Source of the DNA: Thermodesulfobacteriota bacterium
GTDB lineage: Bacteria; Desulfobacterota; QYQD01
Direction of reading: 5' to 3'
Length of the DNA stretch: 64,000 bases
Assembly (NCBI GenBank): GCA_040754095.1
Contig: JBFMFO010000011.1
Span: 13,737 to 77,736 of the forward strand
The notes below the pieces were generated by a model. That model was not told the DNA's origin. It saw only the letters and a list, made by a program, of their open reading frames with translations, and ran no database searches. Made by a program: the position numbers and the translations under genes. Below, piece by piece: positions 45,591 through 55,378 of the stretch. The stretch's first letter is position 1. Each line of letters opens with the position of its first letter.

Positions 45591-48505
45591 CATTTACGAT
45601 CCAGCCTCAAGAGTTTTTCAACAATGCCCAGCATCAAATCCTTACCGACGACGGGCAGCATCAGCTTGTACAGTTCCGCTTTGAGCTGCCTCAGTTCCGC
45701 AATGTTGTCCTTGAAATTCGGGAAGCGGAGAAATGCGTTATTGACAATCGGGGCGAGGCTATCAAACCACTTCACGTTTTCCTGTTTGAACAGCCAGTAA
45801 ATTGTGAAGGTGTTTATGTCGAAACCTGTCTCTTCCTGCTGTCTCCGGGCTTCGAGAACCTCTTTGATCAGCGCCTCTATTTTCTTAAGAGCGTCAAGAG
45901 CTGTTATCTGCCGGTCATCGAAAGCCTCCTGAATGGCTTCCGCCCTTTCCCCGATGGGTTTCAGATATGGACTTTCTTCGCCTTCATCCGTTGCCGTTTT
46001 GATGATACTGTTGATGAGATTGATGACTTTTATATTGGTCGATGCTTTGCTGTCTTTCAGCGCCTTCAAGGTCGTTTCATCGATCTTGACTGCCGGCGTT
46101 GTGGCCTCCAGGCCAAAGGTTGCGGCCTTTTCCCTGACCAGTTGCTCCGTCTTTTTTGCGATGTCACCGTAGAACCCCGTTTTTTTTCTGAAGGCATTGC
46201 GAACAATCTGGTAGAGTATCGAGAGCAGGCCAAAGTCTTCCATATGGTCCCGAAGGGCGGGGGAAGGAGATAATATCTCGTAAAGCGTTTCCAGCTCTTT
46301 AAATAACTTATAAAATTCCTCTCTCTTGCCCTGATCAACGAAGGCATCTATTGCCCTTTCGACCATCTTATCATCTACCTTGCCGCGGGTCAGATCGAGG
46401 TACGGCCGGGCTTGTCCCTTCATCAATTCGATAAAGCGAGCGAGCAGGACATCGAGGTTGTTGATCACCCCGCTGACGACGTCGGAATCGAAGGCCAAGG
46501 CCTTTTCCAGTTTCTCAAAGATTCCTACAAAATCAACCACCAGCCCGCAGGGTTTCTTGATGTCCCCTTCTTCCTCGTAGGGGCGGTTGACGCGCGCGAT
46601 GGCCTGAAGAAGGACATGGTCGCGCATCGGTTTATCCAGATACATGCAATACAGGATAGGGGCATCAAAGCCGGTAAGCAGCTTATCCGTTACAATGAAG
46701 ATTTTTGGCAGGGCATCCGGCTTCGGGAAAAGCTTTCTGGCTTTCTTCTCCTCTTCCGCTGTCTGCTGGTGTTTGTAAACGAGGGGGTATTTTTCACTGT
46801 CATGCTGGGCGGCGGTATAAATAGCCGATGAATAGTCCGGCGGCAGGAGTTTATCGAGGGCTTCCTTGTAAAGGGCGCAGGCCTCCCGATCCACACCAAC
46901 CACAAAGGCCTTATAACCCAGTGGCTCAACATTCTCACGGAAGTGCCCGGCAATGAAGGCCGCCACCTTCTCCACACGGTCCGCCGACTTGAGAAAGGTC
47001 TTGAGCTTTACCGCCCGGTCGAGAATCTTGTTCAATTCATCGACATCGCTGACCCCTTCCGCCTCAACAAGGTCGAGAAATTCCCTTTCCAGTTCTTCTC
47101 CGGGTACACGAATTTCATTCGGGGTCAACATATAATTGAGGGGAAGCGTCGTGCCGTCTTTGATGGATTCCGCAACGGAATATTTGTCCAGGTAACCTTT
47201 ATCATCCTCTTTTCCGAAGATTTTGAAGGTTCCCTTGCCATAGGCCGTTTTGTCAATCGGCGTGCCTGTAAAACCGATAAGAGTTGCCTGCGGGAGGGCG
47301 GCGACCAGGTAGTTGCCCAGGTCTCCCCCGACAGACCGGTGCGCCTCATCCAGCATGACGATGACGTTGGGGCGGGTGCAGATGTTCTTCGGAATCCCTT
47401 CAAACTTATGGATCATGGAAATAATCAGCCCTCTGAAGTCCGCCTTGAGGAGTTGCCTCAGGCGAACCTTGTTGTAAGCCTGTTCAATGCTGATATCATG
47501 GGACTGCATCTCGCCGAGAATCCGCTCCACCCAGCCGGAAAGTTGGCCCTCCAGCTCATTGCGGTCGATCATCAGGATAACCGTCGCCTTCCCGAAGACA
47601 TCCTTTTTCTCAAGAATCTGCTGCGCCGCCGTGATCATCGTGAAGGTTTTTCCCGATCCCTGGGTATGCCATATCAGGCCGGTTTTTTTGTTTTCATCGG
47701 CGCACCGCTGAACGATTTTCTCGATAGCCCTGGTCTGATGCTGGCGCAGGATCGTTTTCTGGAGTTCATCATCCTTGACGTAGAACAGGATCCATTCCCC
47801 CAGCATCTTGAGGAAATGCTCCCGGTCAAAAAAACGCTTTACCTTCTTTTCGAAGTTTCCCTTTTCCTCATCCTTCCAGTTGAAGATGTTTTTCCGGTTC
47901 AGATTCCAGGTGGGGCCGTAGAAAAAATCAACCAGATGGGTCATATCAAAGACCTGCGGCGCCGTCAGCATTTCCGGGGTCTCCCGGTGATACCGCCGGA
48001 TTTGAATGAGCGCCTCTTCCATTCCATTGGCCTTTTTCGCACTCTTGGTCTCCACGATGGCAACGGGAATCCCGTTGATGAGAAACATGATGTCCGCGCG
48101 GTTTGTCTCACGGCCGTTTGTGTACTGCCACTCGGAGGTCACCTGAAACAGGTTACGCCCGGCGCGGGCAAAATCAATAACCGTCACGTTGCGCCGCCGC
48201 TTTTCGTTTTCATCGTAAATGGCCTGCTCCCCCCGGAGCCAGGACAGGATTTCCGCATTCCCCTCGATATTATTCCGGACGGCTTCCATGCGGTGAATAA
48301 TGTCATCCACATTTTCACGGCACACCAATCCCGGATTCAGTTCAATCAGCTTTTCTTCGAGAACCCGGTAGAACAGAGGCCCGCTTTCCCCTTTTCTAAG
48401 GGAAAGGGCCTCCTCCTGGGGGACGACTTCCCAGCCGATTTCGTCCGCATACTTAACGATCGGGTCCTGCACGGTTGGTTTTTCTGTGCCTAAAGTCGGC
48501 GTCAT
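45590..48505 (-). CDS. hsdR: Type I restriction enzyme R subunit
   Basis: 971 aa. Contains the helicase motif I WHTQGSGKT, the DEAH box MLDEAHRS, FTGTP, and an N-terminal nuclease region ADIMFLINGIPVAIVETK. Confidence 0.9.
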   Translation of the reverse strand: MTPTLGTEKPTVQDPIVKYADEIGWEVVPQEEALSLRKGESGPLFYRVLEEKLIELNPGLVCRENVDDIIHRMEAVRNNIEGNAEILSWLRGEQAIYDENEKRRRNVTVIDFARAGRNLFQVTSEWQYTNGRETNRADIMFLINGIPVAIVETKSAKKANGMEEALIQIRRYHRETPEMLTAPQVFDMTHLVDFFYGPTWNLNRKNIFNWKDEEKGNFEKKVKRFFDREHFLKMLGEWILFYVKDDELQKTILRQHQTRAIEKIVQRCADENKKTGLIWHTQGSGKTFTMITAAQQILEKKDVFGKATVILMIDRNELEGQLSGWVERILGEMQSHDISIEQAYNKVRLRQLLKADFRGLIISMIHKFEGIPKNICTRPNVIVMLDEAHRSVGGDLGNYLVAALPQATLIGFTGTPIDKTAYGKGTFKIFGKEDDKGYLDKYSVAESIKDGTTLPLNYMLTPNEIRVPGEELEREFLDLVEAEGVSDVDELNKILDRAVKLKTFLKSADRVEKVAAFIAGHFRENVEPLGYKAFVVGVDREACALYKEALDKLLPPDYSSAIYTAAQHDSEKYPLVYKHQQTAEEEKKARKLFPKPDALPKIFIVTDKLLTGFDAPILYCMYLDKPMRDHVLLQAIARVNRPYEEEGDIKKPCGLVVDFVGIFEKLEKALAFDSDVVSGVINNLDVLLARFIELMKGQARPYLDLTRGKVDDKMVERAIDAFVDQGKREEFYKLFKELETLYEILSPSPALRDHMEDFGLLSILYQIVRNAFRKKTGFYGDIAKKTEQLVREKAATFGLEATTPAVKIDETTLKALKDSKASTNIKVINLINSIIKTATDEGEESPYLKPIGERAEAIQEAFDDRQITALDALKKIEALIKEVLEARRQQEETGFDINTFTIYWLFKQENVKWFDSLAPIVNNAFLRFPNFKDNIAELRQLKAELYKLMLPVVGKDLMLGIVEKLLRLDRK

Positions 48506-49035
48506 GATTTCGCCCTTATTGTATATTGTCCCTGTTGATCAGGTTCACTATGACCTTGACGATGATGTCCTTGTCTTCGGGCTGGCTCCCGGCCTTCCAT
48601 GACCCGCTGCATCAGGCTGACTGTCTTCTGCAATTCAAGCAGGCGGGCATTCTGTTCCTTTAGCCGCTTCTCATTGAGCGAATAGCCTTTCAGGATATGA
48701 TCTTTGAGGACCTGCGTGGCCCAAATGCGGAACTGGGTGCCGCGTTTTGAGTTCACGCGGTAGCCAAGTGAAATAATGACATCCAGATTATAGTAAACTA
48801 CCGGTTTATCGGAACCAGCAATGTGCATTTTTTGCACATTGCTTTTTTTATCCAATTCCCCGCTCTTGAATATACTGCTCAAGTGCTTTGTGATGACGGA
48901 CCGGTCCCTGTCAAAAAGGATGGACATCTGACCTTGATTCAACCAAAGGGTCTCTCCGCTCAGGTTGACTTCCATGGCAGCCTTACCGTCCTTTGTACGA
49001 TAGATGACTATTTCGCCTTTGGATTCTTCCTTCAT
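48502..49035 (-). CDS. RhuM-family protein, C-terminally truncated or frameshifted
   Basis: Contains IVIYRTKDGKAAMEVNLSGETLWLNQGQMSILFDRDRSVITKHL...YYNLDVIISLGYRVNSKRGTQFRIWATQVL. The tail GREPARRQGHHRQGHSEPDQQ has no family character. Confidence 0.65.
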   Translation of the reverse strand: MKEESKGEIVIYRTKDGKAAMEVNLSGETLWLNQGQMSILFDRDRSVITKHLSSIFKSGELDKKSNVQKMHIAGSDKPVVYYNLDVIISLGYRVNSKRGTQFRIWATQVLKDHILKGYSLNEKRLKEQNARLLELQKTVSLMQRVMEGREPARRQGHHRQGHSEPDQQGQYTIRAKS

Positions 49036-50333
49036 GCGCTTACCTCGGACACATCAATGTCCAGATCCTTCACACGAATCGCGCCCGTCATCAGCTTATT
49101 CAACATGGTTTTGAAGAGGTCTTGCAGGGCGGATTTCTTTGCTGTGTGGTGATCAATCTTGTGGTCAATAGCTCGGAGAATTTTTACGATTTCAAGCTGC
49201 TCTCTATCAGATGGAAAAGGGATTGATATCGGTTCGACATCTTTTTTATTCAGCTGAGGGGTCGGACCTAAATCTTGGATACTGGCTAAATCAAACGTCA
49301 AGAACCAATAATATAAAAACTCACTTGTGATACGAGCACGTGGGATTATAGCAATCAAATTAGGATCAAGAAGTGACCATAGTGTCGTGAGCCTTTTCTT
49401 ATTGGTTGCTATAGCAGCTCCTCTCTTTGGAAAAATAACGGAATTAGCTGGGATGGCTTTTTCATAAACAAGTTTTGATGAAAGCTCTACCTCTATATTT
49501 GCAGCAAAGATATATTTTTCGTTTCCAGGTAAATTCATATCTGACACTTTAATCGCGTGGCAAAGAACATCGTTATTCTTTGATCTTCCTCGATTCAATT
49601 CATTAAAGGAAATCGTAGAACTCCGCACATCGCAGCATTCACCTATCTTTATAAGGTCCCAACTCTCGGGCATCGGTCCAATCTCCGTTTCTTTCAATCT
49701 CTCTCCACGCAGGCCGTGAGTAAAAACATGGTGCAGGGTAGATTTTTTCAGCACCCGCGTCTTTTCGATAATGGATTCCTGAATCTCAATAGCTTTTTGA
49801 ATCTTGAAGAGAACGGCGGCGATTTTTTGCTGCTCACTTAATAAAGGAAAAGGGATGAATAGTTGTTTTATGAGGTGAACCGGAACCCTTTGTCTTCCCG
49901 TTGCCCCTTCCATTTTCCCGGCGATTAGTTTACGGACATCACTTTTTAAAAGGTAGTAATATAGAAAGTATTTGCTGCTCGTTCCGGCTTTTTCCTTGAT
50001 TGGAATTATCTCTGTTGAGGCAATGCCAAATCCATTAGGTAATCCGGTGACAATACATTGCTTACCATTTTCAAAACACGGGGTGATTTTCGCTAAAAGA
50101 ATGTCACCATCTTCAATGTATGTCCCGCTTGAAATTTCCGTTGATTTCTTTAATTTGAATTTGTCCAAATATAGTATGTCAATGGGTATCAAGTCCATTG
50201 CAATGAAAGGTAACTGGTCATAATTAGAGTATAATATCTCTTTCGGTTTTTTCGTAAAATCATACAGCTTCCCTATGGGCACAACATCCCAGTCCTCAGG
50301 TAAGCGGCCCAAAATATTGTCATTATTTCTCAC
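49032..50333 (-). CDS. hsdS: Type I restriction enzyme S (specificity) subunit with two target-recognition domains
   Basis: It lies between hsdM and hsdR with overlapping stops and starts. It has two half-repeats, each ending in a conserved helix ([33 protein letters not shown]). It is AT-rich. Confidence 0.8.
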   Translation of the reverse strand: MRNNDNILGRLPEDWDVVPIGKLYDFTKKPKEILYSNYDQLPFIAMDLIPIDILYLDKFKLKKSTEISSGTYIEDGDILLAKITPCFENGKQCIVTGLPNGFGIASTEIIPIKEKAGTSSKYFLYYYLLKSDVRKLIAGKMEGATGRQRVPVHLIKQLFIPFPLLSEQQKIAAVLFKIQKAIEIQESIIEKTRVLKKSTLHHVFTHGLRGERLKETEIGPMPESWDLIKIGECCDVRSSTISFNELNRGRSKNNDVLCHAIKVSDMNLPGNEKYIFAANIEVELSSKLVYEKAIPANSVIFPKRGAAIATNKKRLTTLWSLLDPNLIAIIPRARITSEFLYYWFLTFDLASIQDLGPTPQLNKKDVEPISIPFPSDREQLEIVKILRAIDHKIDHHTAKKSALQDLFKTMLNKLMTGAIRVKDLDIDVSEVSA

Positions 50334-52159
50334 AGGGTTTTCCCGCCAATTTGAGTTCCTAATTTGTTGAAAATTACATCCAAGTCAGTATTTATGGCTC
50401 TGGCTTTCTTCTCTAAAACGGAAAGCTCGTCCAGAATCTCGGGTATCGGCCGGTAGGTTTCTCCTTCATTCACATCCACATACCTTGACGGCGACAGGTT
50501 GAAGTCGTTCTCGGCCGTCTGTGCTTTTGTAATGACTTTGACGAACTTCTCGATATCTTCCCCTTTGATGAAGGCATCGGCGATTTTGCGGACATTTTCA
50601 TCGGGGATATAATTTTTCGGCCTGCCTTTCTTGAATTCCCGCCCGGCGTTGACCAGGATGATCTTTCCCTGCCGCACCTTCGGTTTTGCCTTGTTGAAGA
50701 CGATGATGATTCCGGCGGCGGTGGTGTTGTAGAAAAGGTTGTCCGGCAGGAGGATCACGCCTTCAATCCAGTCACGCTCGACAAACCATTGGCGGATTTT
50801 TTTCTCCCTGTCCTCACTTTTGCTTCCGCTGCCCCGCGTGACGGCCCCCGTGTCGAGGACGATGGCGGCGCGGCCGTGGGTATTCAGCGATGCGACCGTA
50901 TGCTGCAACCAGGCCCAGTCCGCCTTGCCGGTGGTGACGCCGCCCTGGGCTTCAAAACGATCGAAGGGATCATTTTCATAAATGGCCGGATCGAAGGGCT
51001 GGTTCCACATTGGATTGGAAACGACGATGTCGAATTTCTTCAGGCTGGAATCAGAGTCTTTGAATTTAGGATTGGTCATGGAATTGCCGCGGACGATCTC
51101 GCCTTCCATGTCATGAACGACCATGTTCATCCGGGCAATGGCATAGCTGGAACCCATCAGCTCCTGCCCATAGAGTTTCAGCGGCCTCTGCACCTTGATC
51201 TCACGTTCCTGCAAAGCGAGTTCGCATTTGATCAAGAGGCCCGCTGAGCCGCAGGCATAATCATAAACCTCTTCTCCCTGGCGCGGACGCAGTATATAGG
51301 CCATCAGCCATCCCACCTCCGTAGGCGTGAAGAATTCACCGGCGCTCTGTCCCTGGCCTTCGGCAAATTTGCGCAAAAGATATTCATAGGCACGGCCGAG
51401 AAAATCCGGCTCGACATCGTAAAGACCTAAACGGTAGCGGGGATCTGAAAGGGTTTCGATTACACCGGACAGCGCCTTATCGCTGATTTCACGTTCTCCG
51501 CTGCGGGTTTCGTTATAATCAACAATATCGATCACCCCCGTTAAAGACGGATTGGCCTTAGCGATCGCTCGGACGGTCATTGTGAGCTGCTCACCCAGTG
51601 TTTTTGGTTTGCGGTCTTCAGGCCAGTTGAATTTTTCACGACCGCTGACCACCGGCCAGCGTGCCTCCGTAGGAATATAAAACCGGACCAGTTGATGATC
51701 GGCCTCGATGATGGTAAGCGCTGTTTCCCTGTCTCCGTAAGTTTCGGCCAGCCGTTCAACTTCATCCTCAAAGACATCAGAGAGGCGCTTAATAAAAACA
51801 AGGGGGAGGATATAGTCTTTGAACTTCGGTGCGTCTTTTTCACCGCGGATGGAACAGGCGGCGCTCCAGAGCATCTGTTCCATGGACTTCGTACTCAAAA
51901 CATCCTCCTTGGACAGCTTCCGGCGTCGATTCTTGTGATTGATGCCAATATCCCCTGCGCTCTCCAGGTCGAAGCCCGACTCTTCTATTAACTTTAAAAT
52001 AGCTTCCCTGGCCTTTCCGCGGGGCGATATCTTCTCGTTTTCCCAGCGGTTCACAGTGGCAAAAGAAACGTTTAGTTTTGCCGCTAATTCTTCCTGACTA
52101 AGATTTAATCTATTTCTGATCTCTTTGACGACCTTACTTATATCTTTGCTATCGAGCAT
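50330..52159 (-). CDS. hsdM: Type I R-M N6-adenine DNA methyltransferase M subunit with an N-terminal XRE-type HTH
   Basis: Contains [19 protein letters not shown] and VVSNPMWNQ (an NPPW-like motif). The N-terminus [26 protein letters not shown] is an XRE-type HTH. Confidence 0.9.
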   Translation of the reverse strand: MLDSKDISKVVKEIRNRLNLSQEELAAKLNVSFATVNRWENEKISPRGKAREAILKLIEESGFDLESAGDIGINHKNRRRKLSKEDVLSTKSMEQMLWSAACSIRGEKDAPKFKDYILPLVFIKRLSDVFEDEVERLAETYGDRETALTIIEADHQLVRFYIPTEARWPVVSGREKFNWPEDRKPKTLGEQLTMTVRAIAKANPSLTGVIDIVDYNETRSGEREISDKALSGVIETLSDPRYRLGLYDVEPDFLGRAYEYLLRKFAEGQGQSAGEFFTPTEVGWLMAYILRPRQGEEVYDYACGSAGLLIKCELALQEREIKVQRPLKLYGQELMGSSYAIARMNMVVHDMEGEIVRGNSMTNPKFKDSDSSLKKFDIVVSNPMWNQPFDPAIYENDPFDRFEAQGGVTTGKADWAWLQHTVASLNTHGRAAIVLDTGAVTRGSGSKSEDREKKIRQWFVERDWIEGVILLPDNLFYNTTAAGIIIVFNKAKPKVRQGKIILVNAGREFKKGRPKNYIPDENVRKIADAFIKGEDIEKFVKVITKAQTAENDFNLSPSRYVDVNEGETYRPIPEILDELSVLEKKARAINTDLDVIFNKLGTQIGGKTL

Positions 52160-52219
52160 AACAACCTCCGTGGTGATTATGCTATAGCATTTATAACATT
52201 ATTGAGTCAAGAGCTATTT

Positions 52220-52335
52220 TTGAACATGCATAGCGAGCGCATTCCCCACTACTTGCAGCGGGGTTAGCGAGCGAATACGATGCATTTTACCTTGCATACG
52301 GAGATTCCCCGCAGCTTGCTGCGGGGAGCTTCAAT
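52220..52335 (+). repeat. Family-B double-hairpin repeat, copy 3
   Basis: Reads ttgaacatgcatagcgagcgcattccccactacttgcagcgggg...ccccgcagcttgctgcggggagcttcaat, 60 nt upstream of the hsdM start. Confidence 0.9.
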
Positions 52336-52470
52336 TCATCCACTCTAATTATTTATTGCATAATCTCCTATCGATGTCCGAACGCTTATCATTGACAAAC
52401 CATCCGGAATATGAAACTCTTGCCCCGGTTATGCCTTATCCATTCCCGTCAGGAACTTTAAGAACCGGCC

Positions 52471-53775
52471 ATGAATAAAAAACCAGCGGCAATCAATATC
52501 ATCTGGCTTTTTCTGATCCTTCTGTCCGTGGTGGCAGCGGGCTATAGCGGAAGGATGAAAGAGACCCTGGATGCCTCTTTTGAGGCGGCGAAGGGCGCGG
52601 TGGAACTGGCCATTGGGTTGGTAGGCATTATGGCCCTCTGGCTGGGCCTAATGAAGGTGGCTGAGGTTGGGGGACTGCTTTCTATGGTGGCCAAGGCAGT
52701 GCGGCCGGTAATGGTGCGGCTGTTCCCGGAGGTGCCGTCCGGTCACTCTGCCATGTCGGCCATGATCATGAATATCTCGGCCAATGTCCTCGGCTTGGGC
52801 AATGCCGCCACGCCGATGGGCATAAAGGCCATGATGGAACTTGACAAACTCAATCCGCATAAGGGGCGGGCGACAAATGCCATGGCCCTTTTCCTGGCCA
52901 TAAATACCTCCAGCGTCACTATCCTGCCTCTTGGAATAATCGGTGTGCGGGCGGCAGCCGGGGCGGCCGATCCGGCCTCCATTATTATCCCCACCCTTAT
53001 TGCTACTATTTGCTCGACTACAGTAGCTATTGCCGCGGCCAAGGTCCTGGCCCGACGCGGTGAACCAGAAGGATACCCGGCAGATTTCGCTGCTAATCCT
53101 GGGGATGCCTCAGATTCTTCGGGAGGAGAGACGCCTGAAAAAACGGATCTGTCACCGCCCGGCCGTCCGGGCAAGGTGGTGGCCATCTCCATCATGGCGG
53201 CTATAGTCAGCGCCTTCATCTATCGGCTCACCAGGGATGGCGATGCCCTGGCCCTGGGTAAGGAGGTCATTACTTATTGGCTGGTGCCTCTTATCATGTG
53301 CGGACTTTTACTGTTCGGCTATATGCGCGGGGTCAGGGTTTACGAGGCGGCCACGGAAGGGGCCAAGGAGGGATTTCAGGTAGCCATTCGTATTATCCCG
53401 TTTCTGGTTATGATCCTGGTGGCCATCGGCATGTTCCGGGCCTCCGGGGCATTTGATGTATTGGTCAGAATACTGGAGCCGGTTACTTCCCTGATCGGTA
53501 TGCCGGTTGATGCCCTGCCGGTGGCCCTCATGCGCCCGCTTTCCGGAACCGGCGCTTTTGGTCTGGTCAGCGAGGTGGTCAGCCGTGACCCGAATGGTTT
53601 TTCATCTTTTCTGGTCTCAACCATGCAGGGATCTACGGAAACCACCTTCTATGTGCTGGCTATTTATTTCGGCGCCATAGGGATTACCCAAATACGTCAC
53701 ACCCTGGCGGCCGCCCTCACGGCCGACGTTGCCGGTATCGGTGCTGCCCTGGCTGTCTGCCATCTCATGTATTGA
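52471..53775 (+). CDS. Nucleoside-recognition (Gate) domain membrane protein, SpmA/SpmB-like fusion
   Basis: Polytopic. Contains GLMKVAEVGGLL and NISANVLGLGNAATPMGIKAM, with a second similar half after a Pro/Gly/Asp-rich linker. Confidence 0.7.
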   Translation: MNKKPAAINIIWLFLILLSVVAAGYSGRMKETLDASFEAAKGAVELAIGLVGIMALWLGLMKVAEVGGLLSMVAKAVRPVMVRLFPEVPSGHSAMSAMIMNISANVLGLGNAATPMGIKAMMELDKLNPHKGRATNAMALFLAINTSSVTILPLGIIGVRAAAGAADPASIIIPTLIATICSTTVAIAAAKVLARRGEPEGYPADFAANPGDASDSSGGETPEKTDLSPPGRPGKVVAISIMAAIVSAFIYRLTRDGDALALGKEVITYWLVPLIMCGLLLFGYMRGVRVYEAATEGAKEGFQVAIRIIPFLVMILVAIGMFRASGAFDVLVRILEPVTSLIGMPVDALPVALMRPLSGTGAFGLVSEVVSRDPNGFSSFLVSTMQGSTETTFYVLAIYFGAIGITQIRHTLAAALTADVAGIGAALAVCHLMY

Positions 53776-53972
53776 TGAATTCGTAAAAATTAGATTTTTA
53801 CCGCAGGGACGCTGAGATAACATATTAAAGAAATTTGTAACTATTCAGCCACTAAGACACCAAGCCACTAAGACTAAATTTGTTCCTTTGTGTCTTGGTG
53901 CCTTGGTGTCAAAAGCTTTTCTCTGCGGGCACTGCGCACTCGGCGGTGAAAAGGCTTTTTTACGAATTCATC
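53774..53972. repeat. Palindrome of about 200 nt filling the convergent gap between 52471..53775 and 53960..54751
   Basis: The 16-bp perfect ends are gatgaattcgtaaaaa (53774-53789) and tttttacgaattcatc (53957-53972). The inner arms are ccactaagacaccaagccactaagac and gtcttggtgccttggtgtc. Confidence 0.8.
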
Positions 53973-54751
53973 GAATTTGAGATTTCTTCTTTCAGCACGG
54001 ATGGAATCTTGATGCGCTGTTCCTTTTCCATGGCCAGTAAGTAGTTGGATATATACTCTACCTCAATATCCATTACTTCACCGAGGTGTGTGAGGGTAAC
54101 GGGATTTTCTTCGATGAGGACGGAGAGCCAATTTTTGATATATTCGTCCTGACGGGCGGTCGCTGAGGATGGGCATAGTCTCTTCTTCCCGGTTTTCCTG
54201 GGATTCACCTGACTCAGGCCGGCGGCAACAAGGCCCCGGATTCTTTTGGTCTCAAGATTGTTTTGTAACGTCCTGAGTTTTTCGCGGGCTACTTTATTCA
54301 GATGTAACGGCCCCAGGGATATTATCTTCTCTGTAAATTTTCCGGCTATGTCATACAGCCCGCTGTCTTTTATAGCCGGGATCCTGTCAAGGCATAATCT
54401 GTCTGTTTGTATGTGTGCCGCAGCAAGTACGGCGGTTATCTCGTAGAATCTTTCAGCGCCGGAGTCAGTCTCTGTCCGGCTGCGGCAGTAACCCGGAGGG
54501 CATTCCAATATCAGGACGCCGTCAAAATTGGCCAGGAACGGCTCCAGCATTATCTCCGGCTCTATCCGGTGTGAACAAGTCACCTTGACTACGCGGATAT
54601 CAACCGGCGCCCGGCCTCTTAAGCGTTTCGTTAAGTCCAGGGGATGGCCGGTGCATATAAATGTCAGTATGCGGGGTTCGAAACCGGATGTCACTTGTTG
54701 CTCTGCCTTTTCTTGTACTCCATACGTTATAAATTGCCATTTCCATGCCAA
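53960..54751 (-). CDS. Hypothetical protein with a degenerate MvhD/FlpD-like N-domain and a possible wHTH C-domain
   Basis: RILTFICTGHP...VDIRVVKVTCSHRIEPEIMLEPFLANFDGVLILECPPGYC parallels the MvhD layout, but several Cys are missing. Confidence 0.4.
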   Translation of the reverse strand: MAWKWQFITYGVQEKAEQQVTSGFEPRILTFICTGHPLDLTKRLRGRAPVDIRVVKVTCSHRIEPEIMLEPFLANFDGVLILECPPGYCRSRTETDSGAERFYEITAVLAAAHIQTDRLCLDRIPAIKDSGLYDIAGKFTEKIISLGPLHLNKVAREKLRTLQNNLETKRIRGLVAAGLSQVNPRKTGKKRLCPSSATARQDEYIKNWLSVLIEENPVTLTHLGEVMDIEVEYISNYLLAMEKEQRIKIPSVLKEEISNSMNS

Positions 54752-54949
54752 ACCATGTATTTATATATAACTAGTTGATTATATTATATATTTATTTCAG
54801 CCTGTTTTCCTAAGACGTTATTTTTGGGTAAATACTCCGCAGGGTAACGCAAAATGCCCCTTTTCAGGGATGTATCGAGGATGTCCTTGATACACCATCG
54901 AAATGTTGATAGAGAGCAATCGGTGATCTCCGATTACCAGGCAGCCGGG

Positions 54950-55215
54950 TTCAAATCCGAATATCGAATATCGAAATCCGAAACAAATTCAAATGTCCAA
55001 ATTCCCAATGTTCCAAACGGCAGCAGCGCTGATTATTTTGGATTTGAACATGCATAGCGAGCGCATTTCCCGCTGCTTGCAGCGGGGTTAGCGAGCGGAT
55101 ACGATGCATTTTACCTTGCATACGGAGATTCCCCGGAGCTTGCTGCGGGGAGCTTCAATTTTGGTGATTCGATATTGTTTCGAGATTCGTGCTTCGGATT
55201 TCGGATTTGAAATCA
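54950..55215. repeat. Family-D quasi-palindrome (ATCCGAA/ATCGAA units) with family-B copy 4 (55044-55159) nested in its loop
   Basis: The left arm is tcaaatccgaatatcgaatatcgaaatccgaaacaaattcaaat. The right arm is ttcgatattgtttcgagattcgtgcttcggatttcggatttgaaat. Confidence 0.85.
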
Positions 55216-55378
55216 CGCTGGACAGCAACCATAGTGTGTTTACGGTCAAGAGCTAACTCGTACGAAGATAGGCGGTGGATTCAAGGATGTCGTTTATCCT
55301 TGACTCCAGGTGTCACAGTCAATAGTATGAGTGGCGTAATAGGGTTTTCCGAGTTTCCGGTACAGGCAGAAAATTGTA

